A DNA stretch of 64,000 nucleotides from Hydrurus foetidus (taxonomy: Eukaryota), in assembly GCA_900617105.1 (NCBI GenBank), contig UYFQ01000001.1, positions 2,108,001-2,172,000 of the forward strand, read 5' to 3'. How positions within the stretch are numbered: the first letter of the stretch is position 1; the number at the start of each line of letters is the position of its first letter. Of this stretch, positions 51,219 to 60,581 are shown one piece after another. The translations under genes were made by a program, and so were the position numbers. Below the pieces are notes generated by a model. The model did not search any database and had not been told where the DNA came from. It was given only the letters and a program-made list of their open reading frames with translations.

Positions 51219-54005
51219 TTAATGCGCCTTCTCCCAATTGTCACCCACGCCAATTTCAGCCAGCAGTGGCACTTTCAGCTCCGCCACACTGGCCATCAAG
51301 CGCGGAATCTCAACCCGCACCCACTCCACCTCATCGTCAGGCACTTCAAATACCAGCTCGTCGTGCACCTGCATGATCAGTTTGGTTTTGCGGTTTTCTT
51401 CGTCCAGCACTTGCAGTACTTTGTTCATGCTGAGTTTGATCAGGTCTGCGGCGGTGCCTTGCATGGGTGCGTTGATCGCCGCGCGCTCTGCGCCTTTTTG
51501 GCGCGGGCCGTTCGGGGAATTGATTTCAGGCAAGTACAAGCGGCGACCAAAAACGGTTTCAACGTAGCCTTTGCTTTTGGCCGACAGGCGCGTTTCGTCC
51601 ATGTAGTTTTTAACGCCGGGGTAGCGCTGAAAATATTTTTCAATATAAGCCGCCGCAGCCTTGGTTTCAATGCCCAAATTTTTTGCGAGGCCAAAGCTGC
51701 TCATGCCGTAAATCAGGCCAAAGTTAATCACCTTGGCATAGCGACGCTGCTCGCTGGTGACCTCGTTTACCGCCACGCCAAACACCTCTGCTGCGGTAGC
51801 GCGGTGCACGTCGATGCCCTGCGTAAATGCACTGAGCAGCGCCGCGTCTTCACTGATGTGCGCCATGATGCGCAGCTCGATTTGGGAGTAGTCGGCGCTG
51901 GCGATCACGCTGCCTGATGGGGCAACAAAGGCCTCACGCACACGGCGGCCTTCAGCTGTTTTGACGGGGATGTTTTGCAGGTTTGGGTCGTTACTGCTGA
52001 GGCGACCCGTGACAGCCACAGCTTGCGCGTAATGGGTGTGCACGCGGCCGGTACGCGGGAGCGCGAGTTGCGCGAGCTTGTCGGTATACGTGCCTTTTAG
52101 TTTAGACAAACTGCGGTGCTCCAGCAGCTTGGCGGGCAGCGGGTAGTCCTCGGCCAGTTTTTCGAGCACTTCTTCGTCGGTACTGCGTGCGCCGCTGGGC
52201 GTTTTTTTAACGACTGGCATGGCCAATTTGTCAAAGAAAATTTCACCCAGCTGCTTGGGGCTGCCCAAATTAAAAGGCTGGCCGGCAATTTCATACGCTT
52301 CGGTTTCCAGCTGCACCAGGCGCAGGCCCAGCTCGCCGCTTTGTTTGGCCAGCATCGGCCCGTCAATCAGCACGCCATTGCGCTCGATGCGGTACAAACT
52401 TTCGCTACTTTTGATTTCAAGTTCATAAATAAACTTGAGCTTGTCGATTGCCTGAATTTGTGGCCACAGCACGTTGTGCACGCCCAGCGTTTGGTCAGCG
52501 TCTTCGGCTGAATATTCAGCTGCCTTGGCGATGTCAACTTGGTTGAATTTAATTTGGTGGGCGCCCTTGCCGCACAGGTCTTCAAACGTGATGCCGCCGC
52601 GCCCCAAATGCCTGTCGGCCAAGCTGGAAAGGCCATGCGGCTTATGCACTTCCAGCACATAGCTTTGCAGCATGGTGTCGTGCGCGTAGCCTTTGACCTC
52701 AATGCCGTGGTTGGCAAACACGTGGCGGTCGTACTTGATGTGCTGGCCAAGTTTGAATATCGCGGGGTTTTCAAGCCACGGCTTGAGCTTAGCCAGCACT
52801 GCTTCACGCGGCAACTGGGTAGGCGCATCGGGGTAGTCGTGCGTCAGCGGAATGTATGCTGCATGCCCGGGCGTGATGGCAAAGCTGACGCCGACAATTT
52901 CAGCGCGCATTTCGTCGAGCGAAGTGGTTTCGGTATCCAGCGCCACCAAGTCAGCAGCCTGCAATTTAGCTAGCCACGCATCAAACGCTTCCCAAGTGAG
53001 GATCGTGTCAAACACCAGATTGCTCGGCTGGCGGGGTACAACCGCTGCAGCCTCCGGTTCGTCGAACAAACCCCGCTCCGTTTTTACGGCCGGCTTGTCG
53101 GCTAAAACAGCAAGCGCGGCGCTGTCTAGCGATCTGATCAGCCCTTTGAACCCATATTTTTCATAAAACGTAGCCAATTCGACCTGTTTCTGGGCGCCAA
53201 TAGCTATTGAATCCATAGCGGGCAGGCCACTCACATATTCGGCCAAGTCACAGTCTTTTTTAATCGTGACCAACGCCTTGCCTTGCGGCAGCCAGGCAAG
53301 CGAGGCCCGCAGGTTGTCACCGACCACGCCTTTGATGTCACCCGCATGCGCCACCAAGTTGTCGAGTGAGCCGTATTCCAGCAGCCATTTCACGGCTGTT
53401 TTGGGGCCGCATTTGGGCACACCGGGCACGTTGTCTACCGTGTCGCCGACCAGCGCTTGGTAGTCGACCATCAGGCGCGGCGGCACGCCAAACTCGGCTT
53501 CTACCCCAGCCAAGTCGCGGCGCTTGTCGTTCATGGTGTCAATCACGGTGATGTGCTCGTCAACCAATTGGCTCAAGTCTTTATCCCCACTTGAAATGAT
53601 GACTTCAATGCCCTGGGCGGATGCCATGCAGGCCAGGGTGCCAATCACGTCGTCTGCCTCCACACCGGGCACCGTTAACACCGGCCAGCCCATGAGCGCC
53701 ACTACTTCATGCACAGGCTCAATCTGGCTGCGCAAATCGGGCGGCATGGGCGAGCGGGTGGCCTTGTAGGCGGGGTACAGGTCGTCCCTGAATGTTTTGC
53801 CCTTGGCGTCAAATATGCAGGCTGCGTAGTCGGCGCGGTGGTCTTTGCGTAGCCTCGTCAGCATGTTGACCATGCCGCGAATAGCGCCAGTAGCTGGGCT
53901 GCTGGGGTCTGCCGGGTCGGCGCGCAGGTCAGGCATGGCGTGAAAAGCCCGGTACAAGTAGCTGGAGCCATCGACCAGCAGCAGGGTTTTTTTCTCAAGT
54001 GTCAT
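51219..54005 (-). CDS. polA: DNA polymerase I
   Basis: VDGSSYLYRAFHA, EADD, DTETT, ADYSQIELR, AKVINFGLIYG, QVHDE. Confidence 0.97.
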   Translation of the reverse strand: MTLEKKTLLLVDGSSYLYRAFHAMPDLRADPADPSSPATGAIRGMVNMLTRLRKDHRADYAACIFDAKGKTFRDDLYPAYKATRSPMPPDLRSQIEPVHEVVALMGWPVLTVPGVEADDVIGTLACMASAQGIEVIISSGDKDLSQLVDEHITVIDTMNDKRRDLAGVEAEFGVPPRLMVDYQALVGDTVDNVPGVPKCGPKTAVKWLLEYGSLDNLVAHAGDIKGVVGDNLRASLAWLPQGKALVTIKKDCDLAEYVSGLPAMDSIAIGAQKQVELATFYEKYGFKGLIRSLDSAALAVLADKPAVKTERGLFDEPEAAAVVPRQPSNLVFDTILTWEAFDAWLAKLQAADLVALDTETTSLDEMRAEIVGVSFAITPGHAAYIPLTHDYPDAPTQLPREAVLAKLKPWLENPAIFKLGQHIKYDRHVFANHGIEVKGYAHDTMLQSYVLEVHKPHGLSSLADRHLGRGGITFEDLCGKGAHQIKFNQVDIAKAAEYSAEDADQTLGVHNVLWPQIQAIDKLKFIYELEIKSSESLYRIERNGVLIDGPMLAKQSGELGLRLVQLETEAYEIAGQPFNLGSPKQLGEIFFDKLAMPVVKKTPSGARSTDEEVLEKLAEDYPLPAKLLEHRSLSKLKGTYTDKLAQLALPRTGRVHTHYAQAVAVTGRLSSNDPNLQNIPVKTAEGRRVREAFVAPSGSVIASADYSQIELRIMAHISEDAALLSAFTQGIDVHRATAAEVFGVAVNEVTSEQRRYAKVINFGLIYGMSSFGLAKNLGIETKAAAAYIEKYFQRYPGVKNYMDETRLSAKSKGYVETVFGRRLYLPEINSPNGPRQKGAERAAINAPMQGTAADLIKLSMNKVLQVLDEENRKTKLIMQVHDELVFEVPDDEVEWVRVEIPRLMASVAELKVPLLAEIGVGDNWEKAH
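53155..53219 (-). repeat. Family A element, intragenic (polA), distal half degenerate
   Basis: gggcgccaata gctattgaatccatagc. Confidence 0.7.
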
Positions 54006-54158
54006 GAGGGAATTGTCATGTAATTAAGGTGCACCCTGCAGCGCTGCAAATTCGCACGCCCGTCAGGGGGTTGCCGACGTGATTTTCAAGGCTAAACCCA
54101 TGCCGCAGAAAAGCTTATTAAGGCCTATTTAACCCCTGCCCCAGCCTACAATACCCGC

Positions 54159-54515
54159 ATGAACCAACTCAAGTTCCCGAGCGTTAATTTTGTTGTTTTC
54201 ACCGCGCTGTGGGCAACCACCGCGTGGTGTGCAGCGCAAACAGCAGCCGCGCCTGCGCCAGCCGCTTCCGCAGCCCCTGCACCCGCACCTCGCGGCGACC
54301 AGGTCATTCAGCGCATTCGCACCGAAGACGCGGGTTCGCGTATTGATGAAGTCAGAGTGGGCGGGCAAACCCAAAGCATCACGGTTCAGCCCAAAACAGG
54401 CGCCAACATTCCGGCTTACGAAGTCAAACCTTCAGACACTGCCAACGGTGCGGCGCCGTCAACTTCAAAAGGCGACACCACGGGTTCGCGCGTCTGGAAT
54501 GTGCTGAAGTTCTAG
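54159..54515 (+). CDS. Exported hypothetical protein (conserved polA-thrB position)
   Basis: Signal peptide; RIDEVRVGGQTQSITVQPK...RVWNVLKF. Confidence 0.75.
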   Translation: MNQLKFPSVNFVVFTALWATTAWCAAQTAAAPAPAASAAPAPAPRGDQVIQRIRTEDAGSRIDEVRVGGQTQSITVQPKTGANIPAYEVKPSDTANGAAPSTSKGDTTGSRVWNVLKF

Positions 54516-54567
54516 CCACCCGGCGCGTTGATCGTTTTTTCAGGCGTTTTTCCGAGTTACTCCAAGC

Positions 54568-55554
54568 ATGGCCGTTTATACCGAAGTGTCGTTTGAAGAA
54601 GCGGCTGCGTTTACCGCACAATTTAATTTAGGCGAGCTGACTGCACTCAAGCCCTGCAGCGGCGGCATTGAAAACACCAACTACTTTGCAGACACCACGC
54701 ACGGCCAGTACGTGCTGACTTTGTTTGAGCGCCTGACGTTCGAGCAACTGCCGTTTTACCTGGAATTGATGCAACTGCTGGCCAGCCAAGGGCTGCCGGT
54801 GCCTAACCCCGCGCCAGACGCCACCGGCGCAATCATTCATCGCTTGAAAGGCAAGCCCGCTGCGATTGTGAATAAGCTAAGTGGCAGCAGCGAGCTGGCG
54901 CCTAATGCCGAGCACTGCGCACAAATGGGCACCACCCTTGCAAAGATGCATGTAGCCGGGCTAGCTTTTGCCAAGCAACAACCCAATTTGCGCGCTTTGC
55001 CGTGGTGGAACGCTACGCTGCCGGCCGTTCTCCCGCACGTCAGTGCCGAGCAGCGCAGCTTGCTGCTGGGGGAAATCGCTTACCAAAACCATATTGCTGC
55101 CCAACCCGCTTACACCGCGCTGCCGGTTGGCCCGATTCACGGTGATTTGTTTCGCGACAACGTGATGTTTGAACACGGCAAATTAACCGGCGTATTTGAC
55201 TTTTATTTTGCCGGCTGCGATGCGCTGCTGTTTGACATCAGCGTGTGTTTAAACGACTGGTGCATTGATTTACCGACAGGCCACCACAACGCGGGCAACG
55301 CGGCCAGCTTTTTAGCTGCCTATGCGGCAGTGCGCCCATTGACCGCGCAAGAATGGCAATTGCTGCCCGCCATGGCACGCGCCGCTGCGCTGCGGTTTTG
55401 GATTTCCCGGTTGTGGGACTTTTATCTGCCGCGCGAAGCCAGCGTGCTCAAGGCGCATGACCCGACTCATTTCGAGCGTGTGCTGCGCCACCGCATGCAA
55501 AAGCCGCTAACCTGCGAGCTGTCCACCCACTTTTTCCCCACTTCAGATTTATGA
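54568..55554 (+). CDS. thrB: Homoserine kinase (type II)
   Basis: MAVYT, GIENTNY, VLTLFE, IHGDLFRDN, FDFYFA. Confidence 0.93.
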   Translation: MAVYTEVSFEEAAAFTAQFNLGELTALKPCSGGIENTNYFADTTHGQYVLTLFERLTFEQLPFYLELMQLLASQGLPVPNPAPDATGAIIHRLKGKPAAIVNKLSGSSELAPNAEHCAQMGTTLAKMHVAGLAFAKQQPNLRALPWWNATLPAVLPHVSAEQRSLLLGEIAYQNHIAAQPAYTALPVGPIHGDLFRDNVMFEHGKLTGVFDFYFAGCDALLFDISVCLNDWCIDLPTGHHNAGNAASFLAAYAAVRPLTAQEWQLLPAMARAAALRFWISRLWDFYLPREASVLKAHDPTHFERVLRHRMQKPLTCELSTHFFPTSDL

Positions 55555-56342
55555 AACTAAACATCGTTGCACCGCGTACTGGCTTGGCATGGGTCAAGCT
55601 GGGCTTTAAAACGTTTTTGCAGCAGCCGCTGGCCATGTCGGGCTTGTTTTTTATGTTTATGGCACTGCTGACGTTAGCTTCGATGTTGCCGTTTATTGGT
55701 GCCGCGCTTGCGCTCGCGCTGTTGCCGGCGGCCACGCTGGGCCTGATGGCAGCCACCAAAGAGGCCAGCAAGGGTAACTTTCCGATGCCCTCTATATTAA
55801 TAAGCGCCTTTCGGGCGGGCAGGCAGCGGTTGAAATCAATGGCGGCACTGGGCGCTATTTATGCCGTCGGGTTTTTAGCCATCATGGCCGTGACCAGCCT
55901 GATTGATGGCGGGCAATTTGCCAAGCTGTATTTGGTAGGCGGCAAAATCACAGAAGAGCTGGTACTGAAAAGCGAATTTCAAGCAGCCATGTGGGTTACG
56001 CTGGCGCTGTATGTGCCGTTGTCACTGATGTTTTGGCACGCTCCGGCGCTGGTGCACTGGCAGGGCATGCCGCCCGTAAAAAGTTTGTTCTTCAGCTTTA
56101 TGGCGTGCTATAAAAACTTTGGCGCGATGACCGTTTACAGCTTGGCCTGGATCGGTATTTTTGTGCTGACCATGCTGGCGTTAACACTGTTGGCCGCTGT
56201 GCTGGGCAGTCCAGGCTTGGCAAACCTTGCGCTTTTTCCCATCGCCCTAATTTTGTTCGCGATGTTTTTTACGTCTATTTATTTCACGTACGCCGACAGC
56301 TTTGAAGGAACTTCTGACGAGTTGCCGCCCACCAATGCGTGA
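55551..56342 (+). CDS. BPSS1780-family membrane protein
   Basis: G..W...GF..F..QP, FWHAPAL; hydrophobic; follows thrB. Confidence 0.8.
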   Translation: MKLNIVAPRTGLAWVKLGFKTFLQQPLAMSGLFFMFMALLTLASMLPFIGAALALALLPAATLGLMAATKEASKGNFPMPSILISAFRAGRQRLKSMAALGAIYAVGFLAIMAVTSLIDGGQFAKLYLVGGKITEELVLKSEFQAAMWVTLALYVPLSLMFWHAPALVHWQGMPPVKSLFFSFMACYKNFGAMTVYSLAWIGIFVLTMLALTLLAAVLGSPGLANLALFPIALILFAMFFTSIYFTYADSFEGTSDELPPTNA

Positions 56343-56392
56343 TTACAAAAAGTTGCTTTAGCGATTGATCGTTACAAATTAAGGAGGCTCCC

Positions 56393-57112
56393 ATGACCCA
56401 GCACACCCTACAAGGCCGAAGCGAACAAGAAATTTTGTGGTTTCAGCGCCGCGATGCGCTTAAGGCAGCGGCTGCCTGGGTAGCTATGGGTGGGCTGCCA
56501 GCGGCCATGGCGCAAGAGCGCAGCAACGTGGTGCAAAAAACGGGCGACGCACTTTTAAATGGGTTGACGCTGCTACCCGGCCAGTCTATTCAAACCGGCG
56601 ATCAAATCACCACCGGCCCCGGCGCTAACTTGATGTTTGTAATTGGCAACGCAGCGTTTCAGGTGCGGCAAAACTCGTCTCTATCAGTCGAGCGTGGCAA
56701 TTCGCTGAACGCGGTCAGCCTGCTGCGCCTGCTCAGTGGCGCGGTGGTCAGTGTGTGGGGCAAGGGCCGCAGCCGGTCAATCATTTTGCCGACGCTAACT
56801 GCGGGCATTCGGGGGACGGGGGTTTATTCAGAAGTGTTTGCCGACCAAGACAACCGCAGCTACTTTTGCAATTGCTACGGCACGGTAGACATTGAATCAG
56901 ACGGTGAAAAGCGCGTGTCGACGGCTGACTACCACCAAGCTTTTTGGGGGGAAGTTGAGCCCAAAGCTGGCCGAAAACTGACGCCCGCCAACGCCATTAA
57001 CCACACCGATGAAGAACTTGAATTTTTAGCCAAACTAATTGAGCAACGCACCAACTGGCAAGTGTTGGGCAGAAAAGGCGTCAAAAATGGCAGCGGAAAA
57101 GCAGAATATTAA
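56393..57112 (+). CDS. Tat-exported FecR-like domain protein
   Basis: QRRDALK; GDQITTG; TAGIRGT; CNCYG; HTDEEL. Confidence 0.7.
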   Translation: MTQHTLQGRSEQEILWFQRRDALKAAAAWVAMGGLPAAMAQERSNVVQKTGDALLNGLTLLPGQSIQTGDQITTGPGANLMFVIGNAAFQVRQNSSLSVERGNSLNAVSLLRLLSGAVVSVWGKGRSRSIILPTLTAGIRGTGVYSEVFADQDNRSYFCNCYGTVDIESDGEKRVSTADYHQAFWGEVEPKAGRKLTPANAINHTDEELEFLAKLIEQRTNWQVLGRKGVKNGSGKAEY

Positions 57113-57183
57113 TTCTGCTTTCGACTTCGATTTTCAATTAAATTTTCAATACGCTTTTTAATTCACGTTTACCCGGGCCTGAC

Positions 57184-57693
57184 ATGCAACACACCTTTAG
57201 AACTTTCACTGCCCTCAACGCGCTGCGCGCAATTGGTTTAGTTATTTGCCTCGGCATAGCTTTTGCACTGCCAGCAACTGCCGCAGACACCACCCCGACG
57301 TCAGAGCCGGAACCAGCAGGCAGCCCCGACCGCATGGCCACCGCGCGCGCGGCCATCAAGGCCAAAGACTGGCAAAAATCAATTGCCGAACTAACCCTGC
57401 AAGCCAAAGAAAAGCCGGGCAACGCAGACACCTACAACCTGCTGGCTTATTCGCTACGCAAGCAGGCCACGCCGAACTTGCCCAAAGCTTTTGAGTACTA
57501 TCGGCTGGCGCTTAAAACAGACCCCAAGCACAAAGGCGCCCACGAGTACATTGGCGAAGCTTATTTAATGGACAAGCAGCCCGCCAAAGCCGAAGAGCAC
57601 TTGGCTTCGCTTAAAGCCATTTGCGGCAACACCACGTGCGAGGAGTACCAAGACCTAGCTAAATCCATAGCCGCGTACAAGGCGAAGAAATAA
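57184..57693 (+). CDS. Exported tetratricopeptide repeat protein
   Basis: Signal peptide; NADTYNLLAYSLRK, PKHKGAHEYIGEAYL, CGNTTCEEY. Confidence 0.8.
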   Translation: MQHTFRTFTALNALRAIGLVICLGIAFALPATAADTTPTSEPEPAGSPDRMATARAAIKAKDWQKSIAELTLQAKEKPGNADTYNLLAYSLRKQATPNLPKAFEYYRLALKTDPKHKGAHEYIGEAYLMDKQPAKAEEHLASLKAICGNTTCEEYQDLAKSIAAYKAKK

Positions 57694-57705
57694 CTAACTG
57701 GCGCG

Positions 57706-60228
57706 TTAAACCACCGTTAACTTAGCCACGCTCAACGCCAGCCACTTCACGCCATGCCGCGTAAAGTTGATTTGCGCCCGAGCGTCATCGCCAGTGCCTT
57801 CCAGCATCTGCACTCGGCCTTCGCCAAACTTGGCGTGAAACACATTCATGCCGGTTTTGATGCCATGCGCGGGAGCTTCGCGCTGGTTGGGCACTTCGGG
57901 GTTAGCAAACCGCTCTGCAGAGCCTTTTTGAGAAGAAAATACACTGCTAGCCCAATCTTTACGGGCGCCAGCAGCTCCTGAATCAGTAGCATGCCCCCAC
58001 GGTGCTCGACCCATGCCCAAGCCGCTGGAAAAGCCTTGGTTTTTGGGCGTGATCCACTTCAACGCCGCCTCTGGCAACTCGTTATAAAAACGGCTTTTCA
58101 CGTTGTAACGGGTCTGGCCGTGCAGCATGCGGGTTTGCGAGTGGCTCAGGTACAGGCGCTTGCGCGCACGGGTGATGGCCACGTACATCAGGCGACGTTC
58201 TTCTTCGATGCCGCCCGCATCCAGCAGCGAGTTTTCATGCGGAAAAATGCCGTCTTCCAGCCCCGTGATGAACACGCAGTCAAACTCCAAGCCTTTGGAC
58301 GAATGCACTGTCATCAGTTGCACGGCGTCTTGCCCCGCCTTGGCCTGGTTGTCGCCTGATTCAAGCGCCGCGTGCGTTAAAAACGCAACGAGGGGGCTGA
58401 GGGTTTCACCAGTTTCAAAGTCGGGGAGCAATTCGGGGAGGCCCTCACCCCTGCCCTCTCCCGCAAGCGGGAGAGGGAGTTCGGAGCTGCCCCCTCTCCC
58501 TCCGGGAGAGGGCTGGGGTGAGGGCATCCCCATCCCCATCCCCATATCCATATCCATCACCAACCCTTGACTGGCCGGCGACTGAGTCAAGCCCGCACCC
58601 AACTCATCCACAGGCAGCGCCACCGCATCCCGCCCAAACCCCTCTTGCCCGACAAATGATTCCGCAGCGTTAACCAGTTCAGCCAAATTTTCCAGCCTGT
58701 CCTGACCTTCACGGTCCAGCTTGTAGTGTTCCTCAAGCCCGCTGTGCTGCAAAACCAGCTCAATGATTTCGCGCAGCGTGCTGCCCGTGGTTTGCTCACG
58801 CATCACGTCAATTTTGGCGACAAACGCGCCAATGTTTGCGCCCGCTTTACCCGCCACAGCGCTCACCGCATCGTGCAACGAGCAGCCTGACGTTTTGGCA
58901 ATGTCTTGCAGTTGCTCCAAGCTGCGCGCGCCAATGCCGCGCGGCGGGAAATTAACCACCCGCATAAAGCTGGTGTCGTCGTTCGGGTTCTCTAGCAGGC
59001 GCAAATAAGCGAGTGCATGCTTGATCTCGGCACGTTCAAAAAACCGCAGGCCGCCGTACACACGGTACGGCAAACCGGCGTTGAAAAGCGCCGTTTCCAT
59101 CACCCGGCTTTGGGCGTTGCTGCGGTACAGCAGCGCAATTTCTTTTCGCTCAGTACCGCCCGCCACCAGTTGTTTGACTTCATCTACAAACCACTGCGCT
59201 TCAGCAAAATCACTCGGCGATTCATGCACCCGCACCGGCTCGCCTGGCCCGGCCTCGGTGCGCAGGTTCTTGCCCAAGCGCTTGGTGTTGTGGCTAATCA
59301 GCTCGTTGGCTGAATCCAGAATATTGCCAAAGCTGCGGTAGTTGCGCTCTAGTTTGATTTGGTGCGTTACTGCAAACTCCCGCACAAAATCTGCCATGTT
59401 GCCCACCCGCGCACCCCTGAAGGCGTAAATGCTCTGGTCGTCGTCACCCACCGCAATTACTGAGCCGCCTTGCATGGTCGGCAACTCGCCTTCTGCACCC
59501 TGCCCGGCCAGCATTTTGATCCACGCGTATTGCAGCTTGTTGGTGTCTTGAAACTCGTCAATCAAAATATGCCGAAAGCGCCTCTGATAATGCTCACGTA
59601 TCGGCGCGTTGTCGCGCAACAGCTCGTAGCTGCGCAGCATCAGCTCGCCAAAGTCGACCACGCCTTCGCGCTGGCATTGTTCTTCATACAGCGCATAAAT
59701 TTCAATTTTCTTGCGCATTTCTTCGTCGCGCACGGGCACATCTTTGGGCCGCTGGCCGTCTTCTTTGCAGCCTGCAATGAAGTACATCAGTTGCTTGGGC
59801 GGAAAGCGTTCGTCGTCAATATTGAACTGCTTGCACAGCCGCTTGATGCTCGACAACTGGTCTTGCGTGTCCAAAATCTGGAAGGTAGAAGGCAAATTGG
59901 CCAGTTTGTAATGCGCCCGCAAAAACCGGTTGCACAGGCCATGAAAGGTGCCAATCCACATGCCGCGCACATTGACCGGCAGCATGCTGGTCAGCCGCAG
60001 CATCATTTCTTTGGCGGCCTTATTGGTAAACGTCACCGCCAAAATACCGCCGGGCGACACCTGCCCAGTTTGCAGCAGCCAGGCGATGCGGGTGGTCAGC
60101 ACACGGGTTTTTCCGGAGCCGGCTCCGGCCAGTATCAGCGCGTGAGTGGCGGGCAGCGTGACAGCGGCGAGTTGCTCCGGGTTGAGGTTGTTAAGCAAAG
60201 TAGAAGTGGGCGCAGAATCAAAAAGCAT
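57706..60228 (-). CDS. uvrD: DNA helicase II (UvrD) with repeat-derived insertions
   Basis: AGAGSGKT, TFTNKAA, DEFQD, VGDDDQSIY, MTVHSSKGLEF, EEERRLMYVAITRA. Confidence 0.95.
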   Translation of the reverse strand: MLFDSAPTSTLLNNLNPEQLAAVTLPATHALILAGAGSGKTRVLTTRIAWLLQTGQVSPGGILAVTFTNKAAKEMMLRLTSMLPVNVRGMWIGTFHGLCNRFLRAHYKLANLPSTFQILDTQDQLSSIKRLCKQFNIDDERFPPKQLMYFIAGCKEDGQRPKDVPVRDEEMRKKIEIYALYEEQCQREGVVDFGELMLRSYELLRDNAPIREHYQRRFRHILIDEFQDTNKLQYAWIKMLAGQGAEGELPTMQGGSVIAVGDDDQSIYAFRGARVGNMADFVREFAVTHQIKLERNYRSFGNILDSANELISHNTKRLGKNLRTEAGPGEPVRVHESPSDFAEAQWFVDEVKQLVAGGTERKEIALLYRSNAQSRVMETALFNAGLPYRVYGGLRFFERAEIKHALAYLRLLENPNDDTSFMRVVNFPPRGIGARSLEQLQDIAKTSGCSLHDAVSAVAGKAGANIGAFVAKIDVMREQTTGSTLREIIELVLQHSGLEEHYKLDREGQDRLENLAELVNAAESFVGQEGFGRDAVALPVDELGAGLTQSPASQGLVMDMDMGMGMGMPSPQPSPGGRGGSSELPLPLAGEGRGEGLPELLPDFETGETLSPLVAFLTHAALESGDNQAKAGQDAVQLMTVHSSKGLEFDCVFITGLEDGIFPHENSLLDAGGIEEERRLMYVAITRARKRLYLSHSQTRMLHGQTRYNVKSRFYNELPEAALKWITPKNQGFSSGLGMGRAPWGHATDSGAAGARKDWASSVFSSQKGSAERFANPEVPNQREAPAHGIKTGMNVFHAKFGEGRVQMLEGTGDDARAQINFTRHGVKWLALSVAKLTVV
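57926..57990 (-). repeat. Family A element, intragenic (uvrD C-terminal linker)
   Basis: cactgcta gccc aatctttac gggcgccagca gctcctgaatcagtagc. Confidence 0.9.
58441..58557. repeat. Family B inverted pair plus hexamer tandem, in frame within uvrD
   Basis: 58441-58479 and 58491-58525 hairpin units, then (catccc)3(catatc)2; peptide MDMDMGMGMGMPSPQPSPGGRGGSSELPLPLAGEGRGEG. Confidence 0.92.
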
Positions 60229-60281
60229 GCAGTATTGTAGAAAGGTGCTGAAAAGGGTCAGAAATCATCAAAAAGGCCCTT

Positions 60282-60346
60282 TTTAAAGCATCTTTTAGCC
60301 TTATAGCTCAATGAATACAGGCGCGAGTAGCTCCTAAAACTATAGT
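60282..60346 (-). repeat. Family A element, intergenic (uvrD-guaC)
   Basis: gccttata gctc aatgaatac aggcgcgagta gctcctaaaactatagt. Confidence 0.88.
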
Positions 60347-60422
60347 AAATAGCATTAGCAAACCGACTTCGCTGGGGCAGAAAAGTGCAAGCTTTCAGAG
60401 CCTTCACTTGGCAAGACATTTT

Positions 60423-60581
60423 TTGAAAATCAGTTAGTAAAGCGCCTAAAATCGGACACCGGGCCCAAGCGACAAGCGCCCGGTTTTTTGTGTCCGCAGC
60501 CAAAGCGGACTGAAATGCCGGGCATCTCCCAAGCGCCTTTTGTTGAACAGTTTGATAAACAGTTTTAAAGGCTTGGGAATC
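60423..60581 (+). promoter_or_regulatory. Putative sigma70 promoter and structured 5' leader of guaC
   Basis: TTGAAA-18-TAAAAT; hairpins ccgggc/gcccgg+T6, gtccgc/gcggac, tcccaagc/gcttggga covering the RBS. Confidence 0.5.
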
